Shown: positions 28,019-37,623 of the stretch, piece by piece
Numbering within the stretch: the stretch's first letter is position 1
Layout of the letters: every line of letters starts with the position of its first letter
From: a virus
Reading direction: 5' to 3' (one strand)
UHGV virus genome: UHGV-1376088
Length of the DNA: 64,000 bases
Made by a program: the position numbers and the translations under genes
Notes under the pieces: generated by a model
Seen by the model: only the letters and a program-made list of their open reading frames with translations
Database searches by the model: none
Told to the model about the DNA's origin: nothing

Positions 28019-28563
28019 TGTTTTTCTATCAAGTATGGATGATTGGTAATCTTATGATGTGTAAATTTGCAAAACTGTTTGGCATTAAAAGTCATACAGA
28101 AAAAGTTAAACAGTTTATGACTATTGCAGGCCAGACTGTAAACGAGAAGGCGACTATTCCGTCTTCTGCTGATTCTCTTCTTCGTGTCCAATTGACTCTC
28201 GAAGAAACAATTGAAATGGCCGAAGCTATCTTATCCGATGAGGCTAAGAATAATAATAATGCCAAAGAGGTTCTTGATACTCTAAATCTCGGATTGAAAA
28301 AGCTTAAAGATCTTTCTTTTGAATTGAAAGACAAGGATCTTAATGTTGATCTGGTTGGCGTCTATGATGCCATTGTTGATATCGACTACGTAAATACCGG
28401 CGCTGCTATTACATTTGGCCTGGACCTTGAATCTGGATTCAATGAGGTTCATGCCTCTAATATGTCTAAATTTGTTGATGGCAAAGCCGTCAAAAATGAA
28501 TTAGGTAAAGTCATTAAGGGTCCTAATTATTGGAAACCTGATTTGACCCAATATATTAAATAA
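28018..28563 (+). CDS. hypothetical protein
   Basis: 181 aa. Confidence 0.3.
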   Translation: MFFYQVWMIGNLMMCKFAKLFGIKSHTEKVKQFMTIAGQTVNEKATIPSSADSLLRVQLTLEETIEMAEAILSDEAKNNNNAKEVLDTLNLGLKKLKDLSFELKDKDLNVDLVGVYDAIVDIDYVNTGAAITFGLDLESGFNEVHASNMSKFVDGKAVKNELGKVIKGPNYWKPDLTQYIK

Positions 28564-28588
28564 CTGCTTAAGTAAGAAAGGACTATTA

Positions 28589-30346
28589 ATGGACTTTGTA
28601 TCCACTCCTGAAAATCCAAATGGTGATATTAAACCCGAAGATATCGGGAAGTATACGAATTTACATGCTCATAGCATTTATAGTCCTTTAGATGGCTTCG
28701 GTAAGCTTGAAGAATATTGCGAACGGGTAAAAGCTCTAGGGATGAAAGGCTTATGCCTTTCTGAACATGGCAATATGATTGGTCATCATGAACAGGCTAA
28801 GATTTGTGCTAAGCATGGCATTAAGCCTATTTTTGCTAATGAAGGGTATATGACTCTTCATGCCGGATCTATTAAAGAAAAGATAGAGGGTTATAAGGCG
28901 AACTATCATATTTTGCTTATTGCTATTAATGAGCAGGGTTATAGAAACCTTATGAAAGCTACATCTATTGCTTGGACACGTTATAAATATTATAAGCCAC
29001 GCTTTGATTTAGCACTTCTTGAAGAATGCAACGAGGGCCTGATTTGTACATCTGCTTGTCTTGGCGGACCAATTAATCAGTTATATTTAGATGGCCGACC
29101 TGAAGAGGCTGAACAGGTTGCGCTAAAGCTGAAAGAGATTTTCGGCGATAGATTTTATTTGGAAAAAACTTATACCGGCTTAGAAGAGCAAGATATTGCT
29201 AATAAGAATTTGGTTGAGATTTCTAAAAAGCATAATATACCTATGATTATTACTTGTGATAGTCATTATGTTTATCCTTGGCAATCTGATAGTCATGCAA
29301 AATTGGTTATGGTTAATACTGGCGGTCAAATCAATAAAGCGATTAAGGCTGCCGGCTTAACTGACTCTAGCAAAGAAGATGCTGACGTAGATAGCAACTC
29401 TATGTTCTATCAGCCTAGTCAGTATTATGTTAAACCACATCATGTATTGGTTGAAGAATATTATTCTAATCCTGAAGATGAAGAAGCCTTTGCCAATACT
29501 AATAAAATTGCAGATATGTGCAATGTGGTTTTACCTAAAAATGAAGACATCATTTTTCCTTCACCATATTCTGATCCCGATTCTGTTTTAAGAGGACGGG
29601 CAATGCAATGGTATTCGGAATACTCTAAAAAACTTTCTGATGAACAAAAAGCATTGTATTTAGATAGGCTGGAAGAAGAGCTGGATATGTATTCTAAAAT
29701 GGGCTTTAGTTCTTATCCTTTGGTGCTGCAAGAGATTCTTGATGAAGCCAAAGCGAAAGGCATTATGATTGGCCCTGGCCGAGGATGCCTATTTGAGGGA
29801 ACTAAAGTTCTAATTAATAGATCCGGATCCATATATTATTGTCCGATTGAATTTGTCAAAGTCGGCGATATGGTATGGACACATAATAGCAGATGGAAGT
29901 CTGTATATCATACCACTAAATATGTTGTAGACTATAGAGATATGGTTACTCTCGAGACAGAATATGGTATGATGCACCTCACAGAAGACCATAAAGTAAA
30001 AACAAAAAACCATGGATTTATCCCTGCTATTGAATTAGACGGACAAATACACACACTGGATAGAGGAACTTTATCCGATGAAATTCTGTCTAAAGTTGAA
30101 GATTATAAAACCGATTCAATCGAAAATTTTGAACTTTCTAGCTTCTATAATGAGGATGAACCTGTAAGGGTTTATGATCTTATGGTTGATGAAGATTGTT
30201 CTTTTAGAACTAATATCTGTATGGTGCACAATAGTGCCGCGGGGTCTTTACTCTCTTATGCATTAGGTATTACTGCTATTGACCCTATACCATATGGACT
30301 AATGTTCAGTCGTTATCTTAACGCCGGACGCGCAAAACTACCGGTT
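28589..30346 (+). CDS. dnaE: DNA polymerase III alpha (DnaE-type) exon 1, with PHP domain; contains mini-intein
   Basis: L-H-A-H-S-I-Y-S-P-L-D-G-F-G-K is the PHP N-terminus. G-P-G-R-G then intein then S-A-A-G-S-L-L-S-Y-A-L-G-I-T-A-I-D-P. F-S-R-Y-L-N-A-G-R ends the homology, which resumes at 37624. Confidence 0.75.
29786..30232 (+). mobile_element. mini-intein (149 aa) in DnaE at the GRG/SAAGS site
   Basis: Begins with Cys (C-L-F-E-G-T-K-V-L) and ends V-H-N, followed by Ser. The flanking exteins reconstitute the conserved G-R-G-S-A-A-G-S motif. Confidence 0.7.
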
Positions 30347-30403
30347 ATTGAAATTAAAGGCTACCCATTAAAAGAGTGGCTAACAACAGAAAGAAAATAA
30401 AAA

Positions 30404-30889
30404 ATGTCTTTACAATACCTTCAAAATGAATTGCTACCAAAATTAAATACTTCAACATTTGCATGCTATTCTGCTTATACCAACTTGTCGGTAAAAGAAA
30501 AGTATGAATTCATTAAAGAAGTAGTTAAATCCGGCTTTGATCATAATTGGATGTCCTTTATGGACACGTTAAATATTTCCTGTGATGAAGACGATTTGCT
30601 ATTAAGCTGTTTGCCAGAAGTAGTTAATCCGAGTGTTTATTTTACAGCTCGTAAAAATGGTAACATGAATTTAAATGAAATTACCAATATTTATGGACTA
30701 ACAGCCAGAATCCTTGAAATGGAAGACGGCGAAAAACGTTTAGATTCTCTTATTCTTAATGATAGGTTAAATGCAGGAATAGTGTGGCATGTACATCAAC
30801 CGGATTCCTTATTGGAATTAGCTGCGGTTTTATATTTTATGCTAGTGTCTAATGCTGCATATATACGAATTGAAGGTAGTAAAGGATAA
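30404..30889 (+). CDS. hypothetical protein (intron cargo)
   Basis: 161 aa. Confidence 0.3.
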   Translation: MSLQYLQNELLPKLNTSTFACYSAYTNLSVKEKYEFIKEVVKSGFDHNWMSFMDTLNISCDEDDLLLSCLPEVVNPSVYFTARKNGNMNLNEITNIYGLTARILEMEDGEKRLDSLILNDRLNAGIVWHVHQPDSLLELAAVLYFMLVSNAAYIRIEGSKG

Positions 30890-30954
30890 AATCTTATTGT
30901 AAAATATACTATACCTATAATGATATAGGTTGTTTTTTACAAGAAAGGATTTCT

Positions 30955-31167
30955 ATGCCAGAAACTAGTTCTCCTACAGGCTTTTCAGTTCCTCAATGGA
31001 CTAATGGCTCAGGACAGGAAGCTTTACCGTTTGGGAATGGTGTTTCTAGACGGGTAACTACAGATGATGATATCAGTGTACGTGACATTAACGACATTCG
31101 TCGTGTCATTGAAGCACTGATGATTCATACACATTCGCATCAAGACGTAGTTGGAGGTGGTTGCTAA
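30955..31167 (+). CDS. hypothetical protein (intron cargo)
   Basis: 70 aa. A promoter-like AT-rich element lies upstream at 30890..30954. Confidence 0.25.
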   Translation: MPETSSPTGFSVPQWTNGSGQEALPFGNGVSRRVTTDDDISVRDINDIRRVIEALMIHTHSHQDVVGGGC

Positions 31168-31766
31168 TGGCGATCAGCTTTTTTGAACTCAATAACACGA
31201 TGACGGTCGCCGAAGGCAATTATGATAAAGCGCTTGAAGTTCTAGAGGTTTCCGAAGTTGGATCCTTAGAAAGAGCAGAAAAGATTTTTTATTTTGCCTC
31301 CAACATTGAAGATGATGAATATTCTCTTTATGCTTATAATGCTCTTAAAGAGGTTATCGATAAAGAGCTTGAATTTATTGATGTTGAGTCTGAACAATAT
31401 CCGCTTCTGAGATTCTCTCAATTTTATTGTGAGAAATATGCATTGCCAAGAAATGATAAAGATTTGGCTGCGCTTGACCTTAGAGGTTTGCGAGAGTTTG
31501 TAGATCATTTGTATAAATGTTACGTTGCACTTGACGGAATTCAAGAGTCTGATTTTAAATATCTTAAATACCAATTCGCATTCGATTATGAGACAGATTG
31601 GTTATGGGCGTATATAAAAGATATTTACGAAAAGATTAAATCGTATAAAACCCGATTTGGTTATAATGATTATATTATGGGATTCTTTGATGTGGATGAT
31701 TCTGCTCGTAAAGCAATTCCATCTCAGATTCAAGCTTATTTTAGAGACAATCCGGTGAAAGATTAA
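31161..31766 (+). CDS. hypothetical acidic protein (intron cargo)
   Basis: 201 aa. Confidence 0.3.
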   Translation: MLMAISFFELNNTMTVAEGNYDKALEVLEVSEVGSLERAEKIFYFASNIEDDEYSLYAYNALKEVIDKELEFIDVESEQYPLLRFSQFYCEKYALPRNDKDLAALDLRGLREFVDHLYKCYVALDGIQESDFKYLKYQFAFDYETDWLWAYIKDIYEKIKSYKTRFGYNDYIMGFFDVDDSARKAIPSQIQAYFRDNPVKD

Positions 31767-31767
31767 A

Positions 31768-32883
31768 ATGTATATTCTTAGTATTGTATTCAGTAATCAT
31801 TGTGATTTGGATTGTTCTTATTGCTGCATACAGTCTAAGAATATGTCTCCTGTATTGGCGAATTTAGAACAGATTAAAGATTTCATTAGAAAATATGCAA
31901 AGACAGGATCCATTGTTGAATTTTATGGAGGTGAACCTACCCTTCATAAAAAAGAGCTATTTGATATCATCAATTTCTGTAGCTCTCTTGATATGGACAT
32001 TGGCACTAGGCTATATACTAATGGATTATTTGCTAACTGGACAGAGGAAGAGATTCTTTCTCTGTCTTACATTTTAGATGAAGTTCTCATTTCTCTTGAT
32101 GGATCTACATTTGAAGAGAATAAACAGCGCTTTGAAAATCAGGCCCAGTTTGATGCTGTCCTGAATAATATTAAAACAATGCGAAAATCTGAGGATTTGA
32201 ACATTACTTTAAGTTCTGTTTTATATGGTCGATCCAAATTTGAGAATATGTTCTCTAATTACAAATTCTTTTCGGCGCTTGGTGTTGATACCTTTAGCTA
32301 TGAGCCGGTCACTATATATAGGACAGACAAAGCTGTTATTATCCCTAGGGATTTCTTTGGTGCTTTATTTAAGGGCATTATGGAAATTTCTAGGGACATT
32401 TTTATTTCCGGAAAAGAGCGATCTTTGTTTGTAGCAAAAGAACTGTTAGCTGCTTCTTGGTATCATCAGGGAGACAAGGATTTATGTTCTAAGAACGTAA
32501 GAGCCATTTCTCCGCGCGGCAATATTTATATGTGTCGTGATCATGCAGCTAATGAAGAAGAGATGTTTTATTCTCCTAAAGTTATTCAGTTCTTTAATAA
32601 GAATAACCTGAAGTCAGATAATGAATCATTCCCACTAGTGGAAGAAAACGAAAAAGACTTAACGCATTGTCCTGTTAAAAATATACAATACAGACAAGCT
32701 GGTGTTGAAAAGGATCTATACTGGTTATCTGATTCGTGGCAAGATTTTGTAGTAAAACCTATGTATTCTACGATTCTTGCTGTAAACTCTCAGGCCGATA
32801 ATCTGTCTGAAATAATTGATTATTTTTATCCTAAAGTTGATGAGTTATTAAAAATAGCTATTAGTCAGGAAGGAATTAAATGA
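31768..32883 (+). CDS. radical SAM enzyme with extra C-terminal Cys (SPASM/anSME-like or activase-like)
   Basis: C-D-L-D-C-S-Y-C is the C-x3-C-x2-C cluster. F-Y-G-G-E-P-T-L-H is the SAM-binding GGE motif. Further cysteines near residues 245-300. Confidence 0.55.
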   Translation: MYILSIVFSNHCDLDCSYCCIQSKNMSPVLANLEQIKDFIRKYAKTGSIVEFYGGEPTLHKKELFDIINFCSSLDMDIGTRLYTNGLFANWTEEEILSLSYILDEVLISLDGSTFEENKQRFENQAQFDAVLNNIKTMRKSEDLNITLSSVLYGRSKFENMFSNYKFFSALGVDTFSYEPVTIYRTDKAVIIPRDFFGALFKGIMEISRDIFISGKERSLFVAKELLAASWYHQGDKDLCSKNVRAISPRGNIYMCRDHAANEEEMFYSPKVIQFFNKNNLKSDNESFPLVEENEKDLTHCPVKNIQYRQAGVEKDLYWLSDSWQDFVVKPMYSTILAVNSQADNLSEIIDYFYPKVDELLKIAISQEGIK

Positions 32884-33158
32884 AGTTGGAAGATATTAAA
32901 GTCGGCCAAATTGTTAAAGATAAGTTTGACAATGAATATATTGTCAAGGAAATTATTGAAGATGACTCAATGCCGGTTAAATTGAAATGTACTAAATTTT
33001 TGAAACCAATTAATGTTCAAAAAATTGGTGACATATATTTTAAGGAGGCTGGCATAAGTTTTTGGATTTATAAATCTGGAAAAGATGCACGAGTATGCGG
33101 CTGTGATGTTGATTGTATTACCGTTGAATCTCTCAAACTGAAAGGTGAATCAAAATGA
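32880..33158 (+). CDS. small protein, paralog A
   Basis: 92 aa. The N-terminal about 60 aa (M-K-L-E-D-I-K-V-G-Q-I-V-K-D-K-F-D-N-E-Y) are homologous to the N-terminus of the next ORF. Confidence 0.35.
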   Translation: MKLEDIKVGQIVKDKFDNEYIVKEIIEDDSMPVKLKCTKFLKPINVQKIGDIYFKEAGISFWIYKSGKDARVCGCDVDCITVESLKLKGESK

Positions 33159-33796
33159 AACTTGAAAATGTCAAAGTCGGTATGCTTCTTAAGGACAAAT
33201 TCGGCAACGAATATGAAGTTATTGAAATTAATAGAAATGACGACTTTCAACCTGTTCGAGTAAAATGTGTTAAATTTGTAAAAAGAGTTTGCTTCAAAAC
33301 TGAACGCGATGTCATTTATCGCGCCGGGTCTATGGCATGGCTATTAAAAGACCATTCACATGTATTGTCCATTGATGATGACTATGGAAGATTTATAAAG
33401 GAAACCTTTTATCCAGATCTTTCTGATGCAATGTTTAATGAAGCGGTATCTGTCAAATTAAGTATTTCTAATTACAATTATCGCAATTTTGTGCTCGGAA
33501 CTCAGGAAGCAATCAGCAGAATTGAAATCACACTAAGAGATTTGAGTCTTGCTGAAAACTTTTTGCATAGAGGTAATGTCAGCCTATATGATACTGTGTT
33601 TGATCAGGCTTATACTCCATATGAGGTATTGGCATTTACGGACGACAAAGTTTGCTTAAGGGTTAAGACGAGATTCCGTAACACTGACAATAAGACTAAA
33701 TACATGGAGTCTATGGCATGGATACCATTTTATGATGGTAAAAGTCCAGACAGTGATGATGTTACCACAAAAGATTTCATGATTATGAAAGGTTAA
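33155..33796 (+). CDS. protein with N-terminal domain paralogous to the preceding ORF
   Basis: 213 aa beginning M-K-L-E-N-V-K-V-G-M-L-L-K-D-K-F-G-N-E-Y. Confidence 0.35.
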   Translation: MKLENVKVGMLLKDKFGNEYEVIEINRNDDFQPVRVKCVKFVKRVCFKTERDVIYRAGSMAWLLKDHSHVLSIDDDYGRFIKETFYPDLSDAMFNEAVSVKLSISNYNYRNFVLGTQEAISRIEITLRDLSLAENFLHRGNVSLYDTVFDQAYTPYEVLAFTDDKVCLRVKTRFRNTDNKTKYMESMAWIPFYDGKSPDSDDVTTKDFMIMKG

Positions 33797-33800
33797 TTGA

Positions 33801-34394
33801 ATGGTTTTAGTGCGAAAAGCAACAGAGGCAGACTTTGAATGGCTCGTAGAGTGCTCAAATAAAGATTGGGTTATTAACGATTACAGCGGAACCTTTAGGG
33901 ACTGGCTAAAAAGCTTTGGTGTTGCAGACGAAGAATTGGATAAATGTTATAACTTTGATTGGTTTAAAAAATACATTTATCCAAAAGCTCCTCAGGATTT
34001 ATATATAGTAAATAACGGACAAAAGGACGTTGGATTTTTCTGTCAAGATTTGGATCAAACAAATTCAATTATTGGCGGAACCGTATTCTTACATCCTCGT
34101 TCATGTAAAATGTCTATCCTTAAAGCTATTAAGGCTATCTGTATTCGGGCTTGTTTAATCCAAGATGAATTCGATGCGTGTGAGGTAAATACATGGACTC
34201 CACTTATCGTTTCTACTGCCCAATCCGTTGTTCCTTGCTTAAAAGAGAGCATGATCGCTGAAGAGTACCGAATTCTTTACGGTGAAACAAGAAACTTCCC
34301 AACAAAGGAAGATATTATTAAAAAATATAACGTTACAGATATCGATAAGGATAACTGTTTTGTTTTTGATGAGGTAAGAAGACATGGAGCTTGA
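33801..34394 (+). CDS. hypothetical Cys-rich protein (intron cargo)
   Basis: 197 aa. Confidence 0.3.
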   Translation: MVLVRKATEADFEWLVECSNKDWVINDYSGTFRDWLKSFGVADEELDKCYNFDWFKKYIYPKAPQDLYIVNNGQKDVGFFCQDLDQTNSIIGGTVFLHPRSCKMSILKAIKAICIRACLIQDEFDACEVNTWTPLIVSTAQSVVPCLKESMIAEEYRILYGETRNFPTKEDIIKKYNVTDIDKDNCFVFDEVRRHGA

Positions 34395-35058
34395 ATTTAA
34401 AAAGGGTCCGGGCGGATCTTTCGGTTACTATATTGACGGTATGATCCAATGGGCTACTGGTCGCGATTATTTTAAATATCCACGAATGTTCCATAAGGTC
34501 TATCAAAGAATGTTCCCTGACAATAAGGCGCCAGAAGAATGGAACAATATCCTTGTTATTGGCGGCGGCGATTTTCAATTAATCAGTGAATGCACATTCC
34601 TGTCATATGATAACCGTATAACAATCGTAGATCCTAGTATCACAGAATACTTTACCAAGTTTAAACCTCATCACACTGCCGCCAATGGCCAATTTAAAAA
34701 GCAATATGCCGCTATGACTGGTAAAGCATTCCTAAATATTGTAGAAAAAGATATCCAAACCTTTTTGTCAGAACATAATGAACAATCTGAAACTTATGAT
34801 TTGATTGTCTGTGATTTGACAGACGAACTTGCTTTTGATCCTACGAATATTTATTCGACTCAAGTTTATGATAAACTTCTTCGTCCTGGCGGCATTATGA
34901 TTGGATACGGCGGACTTTCTACTAAAAGCTTCTTTGAAGAATTTCCACTATTGGCTATGGATATCACTGAGCTCCATGTTATTGCAGAAAAATTCCAAAG
35001 CTGGAATGGCGACACTGGAGTATTTTATGGTTTAGCAAAAGCTGGCCTGTACGAATGA
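34384..35058 (+). CDS. spermidine-synthase-like / class I SAM-dependent methyltransferase fold protein
   Basis: N-I-L-V-I-G-G-G-D-F-Q-L-I-S-E matches SpdS (V-L-I-I-G-G-G-D-G-G). L-I-V-C-D-L-T-D-E through F-D-P matches the SpdS D-x-x-D-P motif. Confidence 0.45.
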   Translation: MELEFKKGPGGSFGYYIDGMIQWATGRDYFKYPRMFHKVYQRMFPDNKAPEEWNNILVIGGGDFQLISECTFLSYDNRITIVDPSITEYFTKFKPHHTAANGQFKKQYAAMTGKAFLNIVEKDIQTFLSEHNEQSETYDLIVCDLTDELAFDPTNIYSTQVYDKLLRPGGIMIGYGGLSTKSFFEEFPLLAMDITELHVIAEKFQSWNGDTGVFYGLAKAGLYE

Positions 35059-35582
35059 TTATAACCGAACTGGTCTCCTCTTCTAGAAATAGACTATGGA
35101 GGAGATTTAATGAACGCTTTTTATACTCTGCGAAATTCGAAGATTTCATTGGCATAAAATGTAAACCAATTGCAGATATTATTTTTCAAGAATATGAAAA
35201 GCCTTATTTAGATCCTTCTTTATTTATATCTTTTGTTGTTCTTGGTGAAAATTTTTTAGATCATAATTTTGATTTTGTAGTCCGTTCTACTTGTATTCCT
35301 CCTGAGTATTTTTACATCGTTCCAGTTATAGATTCTAAATTATTTATAAACGATAAATACATAGAATTAAAGGAGGGTGAACTTATTCGGATAAAAAGAG
35401 GCTCAAAAATTCAGTCTGCGAATTGTATTAATATAGTCTCAATCATAGAGGCTGTGCCTGGAATCTCAAAATTATCTAGGATTCACGAAGTAAAAAATAA
35501 AGAAGAAGAGGTCGTATATATAACATACGATGAAATGATAAAGGAATTAGAAAATGAAAGACTCACCAATATACATGCTTAG
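35055..35582 (+). CDS. hypothetical protein (intron cargo)
   Basis: 175 aa. Confidence 0.3.
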   Translation: MIITELVSSSRNRLWRRFNERFLYSAKFEDFIGIKCKPIADIIFQEYEKPYLDPSLFISFVVLGENFLDHNFDFVVRSTCIPPEYFYIVPVIDSKLFINDKYIELKEGELIRIKRGSKIQSANCINIVSIIEAVPGISKLSRIHEVKNKEEEVVYITYDEMIKELENERLTNIHA

Positions 35583-36621
35583 AAGTGTGTATGCAGATAT
35601 TAAATATTCTGATCTCGGTAAATATGGGTACTTTGGAAATGTAAATGAGAAGCCTGGGGATTTTGGAATGAAGATCGCCCAAGAGCTTGCTGAAGGCTAT
35701 GAAGTCTGCGAAGAGGGTCTGAATGCCCTATGTGGAATTTGGATTCCTGGAAAATCCGGAGAACTCAAAGGTCATCCTTATGGTTATGAACCTCCAGGCA
35801 CTGTAAGTTTTCTGATTCCTTTATTTCAATCTTCTTTAAAATACAACGGCAAGCATTACGAATCAAAAGCTACTGAGCTTTGTTTTGAAATTAATCGTAA
35901 TACCGATTTTGAACATATCGGCGGCGCTGGTATTTATGCTTTTATTGTCGCTTGTCCTCCTGATAGAAGCTATAACTCAGGTTTCTTTAAACCAAATATG
36001 AGCTATACAGAAGTTATTGAAGGTAGCTTTATTTATACTGATAGTTGTGACTCTGGTCATGTTCGTGTTCCTGATTTTAAACTGTTCAAAAATCCAGGAC
36101 TTCTAGATTCTATTGTTGAGTCCATTGGTATGTATCCTAACAGTATGGATAAACTCTCCGGAGTTTGGAATACAAACTTCCTATATGCAGCAGGATTAGT
36201 TAATCCTAAAACACATAGAACGCCACTTTCTCATCTGACCATGGTCGGATTCGAAATGCAAATTGAACAATACAATGCGTCAAACGATTATATTGTTGCC
36301 GGTGTTGAGGTTGAAGAATTTGAAGATTGTGTGGTTTCTGAGCATACAGATACTATAAACTTTGACACTAGACGCATTCGTTTATTTGTTCCAGTTGGTG
36401 AAGTTCAAGATGGAAGCTACGTTAAGTTTGGCGAAAAGATAATACCTCTCGTATCGGCCGAGCCAATTGCTTTTGATTGCACCAAGCCCCATTCTGCTGA
36501 AATTAAAGGAAAGATGAAAGCTTTAATTGTAGATTTATTGCCAAAAGAATCGAATATTGAAGACAGAGTCGCTTATATTGTTCAGCCATTGATGTATTAT
36601 ATGAGCAAAGAAAATGGATAA
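35554..36621 (+). CDS. hypothetical protein (intron cargo)
   Basis: 355 aa. Confidence 0.3.
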   Translation: MKDSPIYMLRSVYADIKYSDLGKYGYFGNVNEKPGDFGMKIAQELAEGYEVCEEGLNALCGIWIPGKSGELKGHPYGYEPPGTVSFLIPLFQSSLKYNGKHYESKATELCFEINRNTDFEHIGGAGIYAFIVACPPDRSYNSGFFKPNMSYTEVIEGSFIYTDSCDSGHVRVPDFKLFKNPGLLDSIVESIGMYPNSMDKLSGVWNTNFLYAAGLVNPKTHRTPLSHLTMVGFEMQIEQYNASNDYIVAGVEVEEFEDCVVSEHTDTINFDTRRIRLFVPVGEVQDGSYVKFGEKIIPLVSAEPIAFDCTKPHSAEIKGKMKALIVDLLPKESNIEDRVAYIVQPLMYYMSKENG

Positions 36622-37114
36622 ATATGTCATAGACTGTTCTAGTCCTAGGCGAAAAACGCGAAATAGAATTAGAAGGTTTGAAAAATCTATTCTTATGCTG
36701 GAAGGATTGAGGTATTTTGCATTTCCTAAAGATTTGGCCAATATAGAAAAAAGAATTCAACAATATAAAGATAAGATCCGAGAAAAGGAACTTAGATATG
36801 GCGATTTTTTACACCTTTGCGGCATTAAAAAAGATATTAGCGAAACCCAAAGGAAGATACACTTTAATAAAATCCAATTTAGAGAGCTTAATGAAAAAAT
36901 TAACTCTATAAACAGCTATATCGAAAGTGCTATAAATCCCTTTGATTTTGATTATATCGAATTGAGAATTATCAAATCGAAAAAGGAAATGCAACGCCTT
37001 AAGGATTTGCGAATTGCTCTTGGAAAAGAACAATATGGTCTAAAGAAAAGGCTCAAAGAGGGTTATCGTTCTTTAGCAAATCTCCATAATGATACAGGTA
37101 AAGAAAATGGCTGA
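36614..37114 (+). CDS. hypothetical basic coiled-coil protein (intron cargo)
   Basis: 166 aa, K/R-rich. Confidence 0.3.
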   Translation: MDKYVIDCSSPRRKTRNRIRRFEKSILMLEGLRYFAFPKDLANIEKRIQQYKDKIREKELRYGDFLHLCGIKKDISETQRKIHFNKIQFRELNEKINSINSYIESAINPFDFDYIELRIIKSKKEMQRLKDLRIALGKEQYGLKKRLKEGYRSLANLHNDTGKENG

Positions 37115-37370
37115 ATATAAAACATTAAGAGAATTAGTTTTATCCTTTTCTGACACCGATTGGTTTAAAGAACATAGAGCAAATATTATGTTTGAATTAA
37201 ACCATTGTGAACTTCATCATATTGATTCCTATTATTTGAATTTATACAATGCAGGCGTTAAAGGTATAGAGGAAAATGAAGCTAATTCTTCTATTGCATA
37301 TTTACTCGGAATTGTAACAACCCCGCCAAATGGTAAAGTTCATACTGTTGGCGGAGGTTTCCCGGATTAA
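37089..37370 (+). CDS. hypothetical protein (intron cargo)
   Basis: 93 aa. Confidence 0.25.
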   Translation: MIQVKKMAEYKTLRELVLSFSDTDWFKEHRANIMFELNHCELHHIDSYYLNLYNAGVKGIEENEANSSIAYLLGIVTTPPNGKVHTVGGGFPD

Positions 37371-37623
37371 AGAAATAGTCCCTTTGTTAAGAAATTGACA
37401 ACAGAAAACTCTGTGAAAACGGTGGAACTCTCTAGAAGACAATGCCGTGCGAAAGTTTGCGAAAGCGAAAGACGTGTAACGACTATTATGTAGGGCCAAG
37501 TGGTTCGAAGCGCAGAGCACCTAAATCCTTATGGACATGGTGATGAGATAGTCTGGTCTCTATGGCGACATAGAGCTGGTTTTGTACCGGGTATAGATTA
37601 ACGACCTATACTGAACATAAACG

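Larger units (their letters stand above)
30347..37623 (+). mobile_element. giant (about 7.3 kb) intron-like intervening sequence in dnaE carrying 12 ORFs; 3' core at about 37371..37623
   Basis: DnaE homology is contiguous across the gap: R-A-K-L-P upstream, I-D-S-D-V-E-K-E-R-R downstream, matching the E. coli P-D-F-D-V-D-F-C-M-E-K-R region. The last about 250 nt share the core of the small introns, including their gataacaa / aacataaacgATTG 3' end. Confidence 0.5.
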
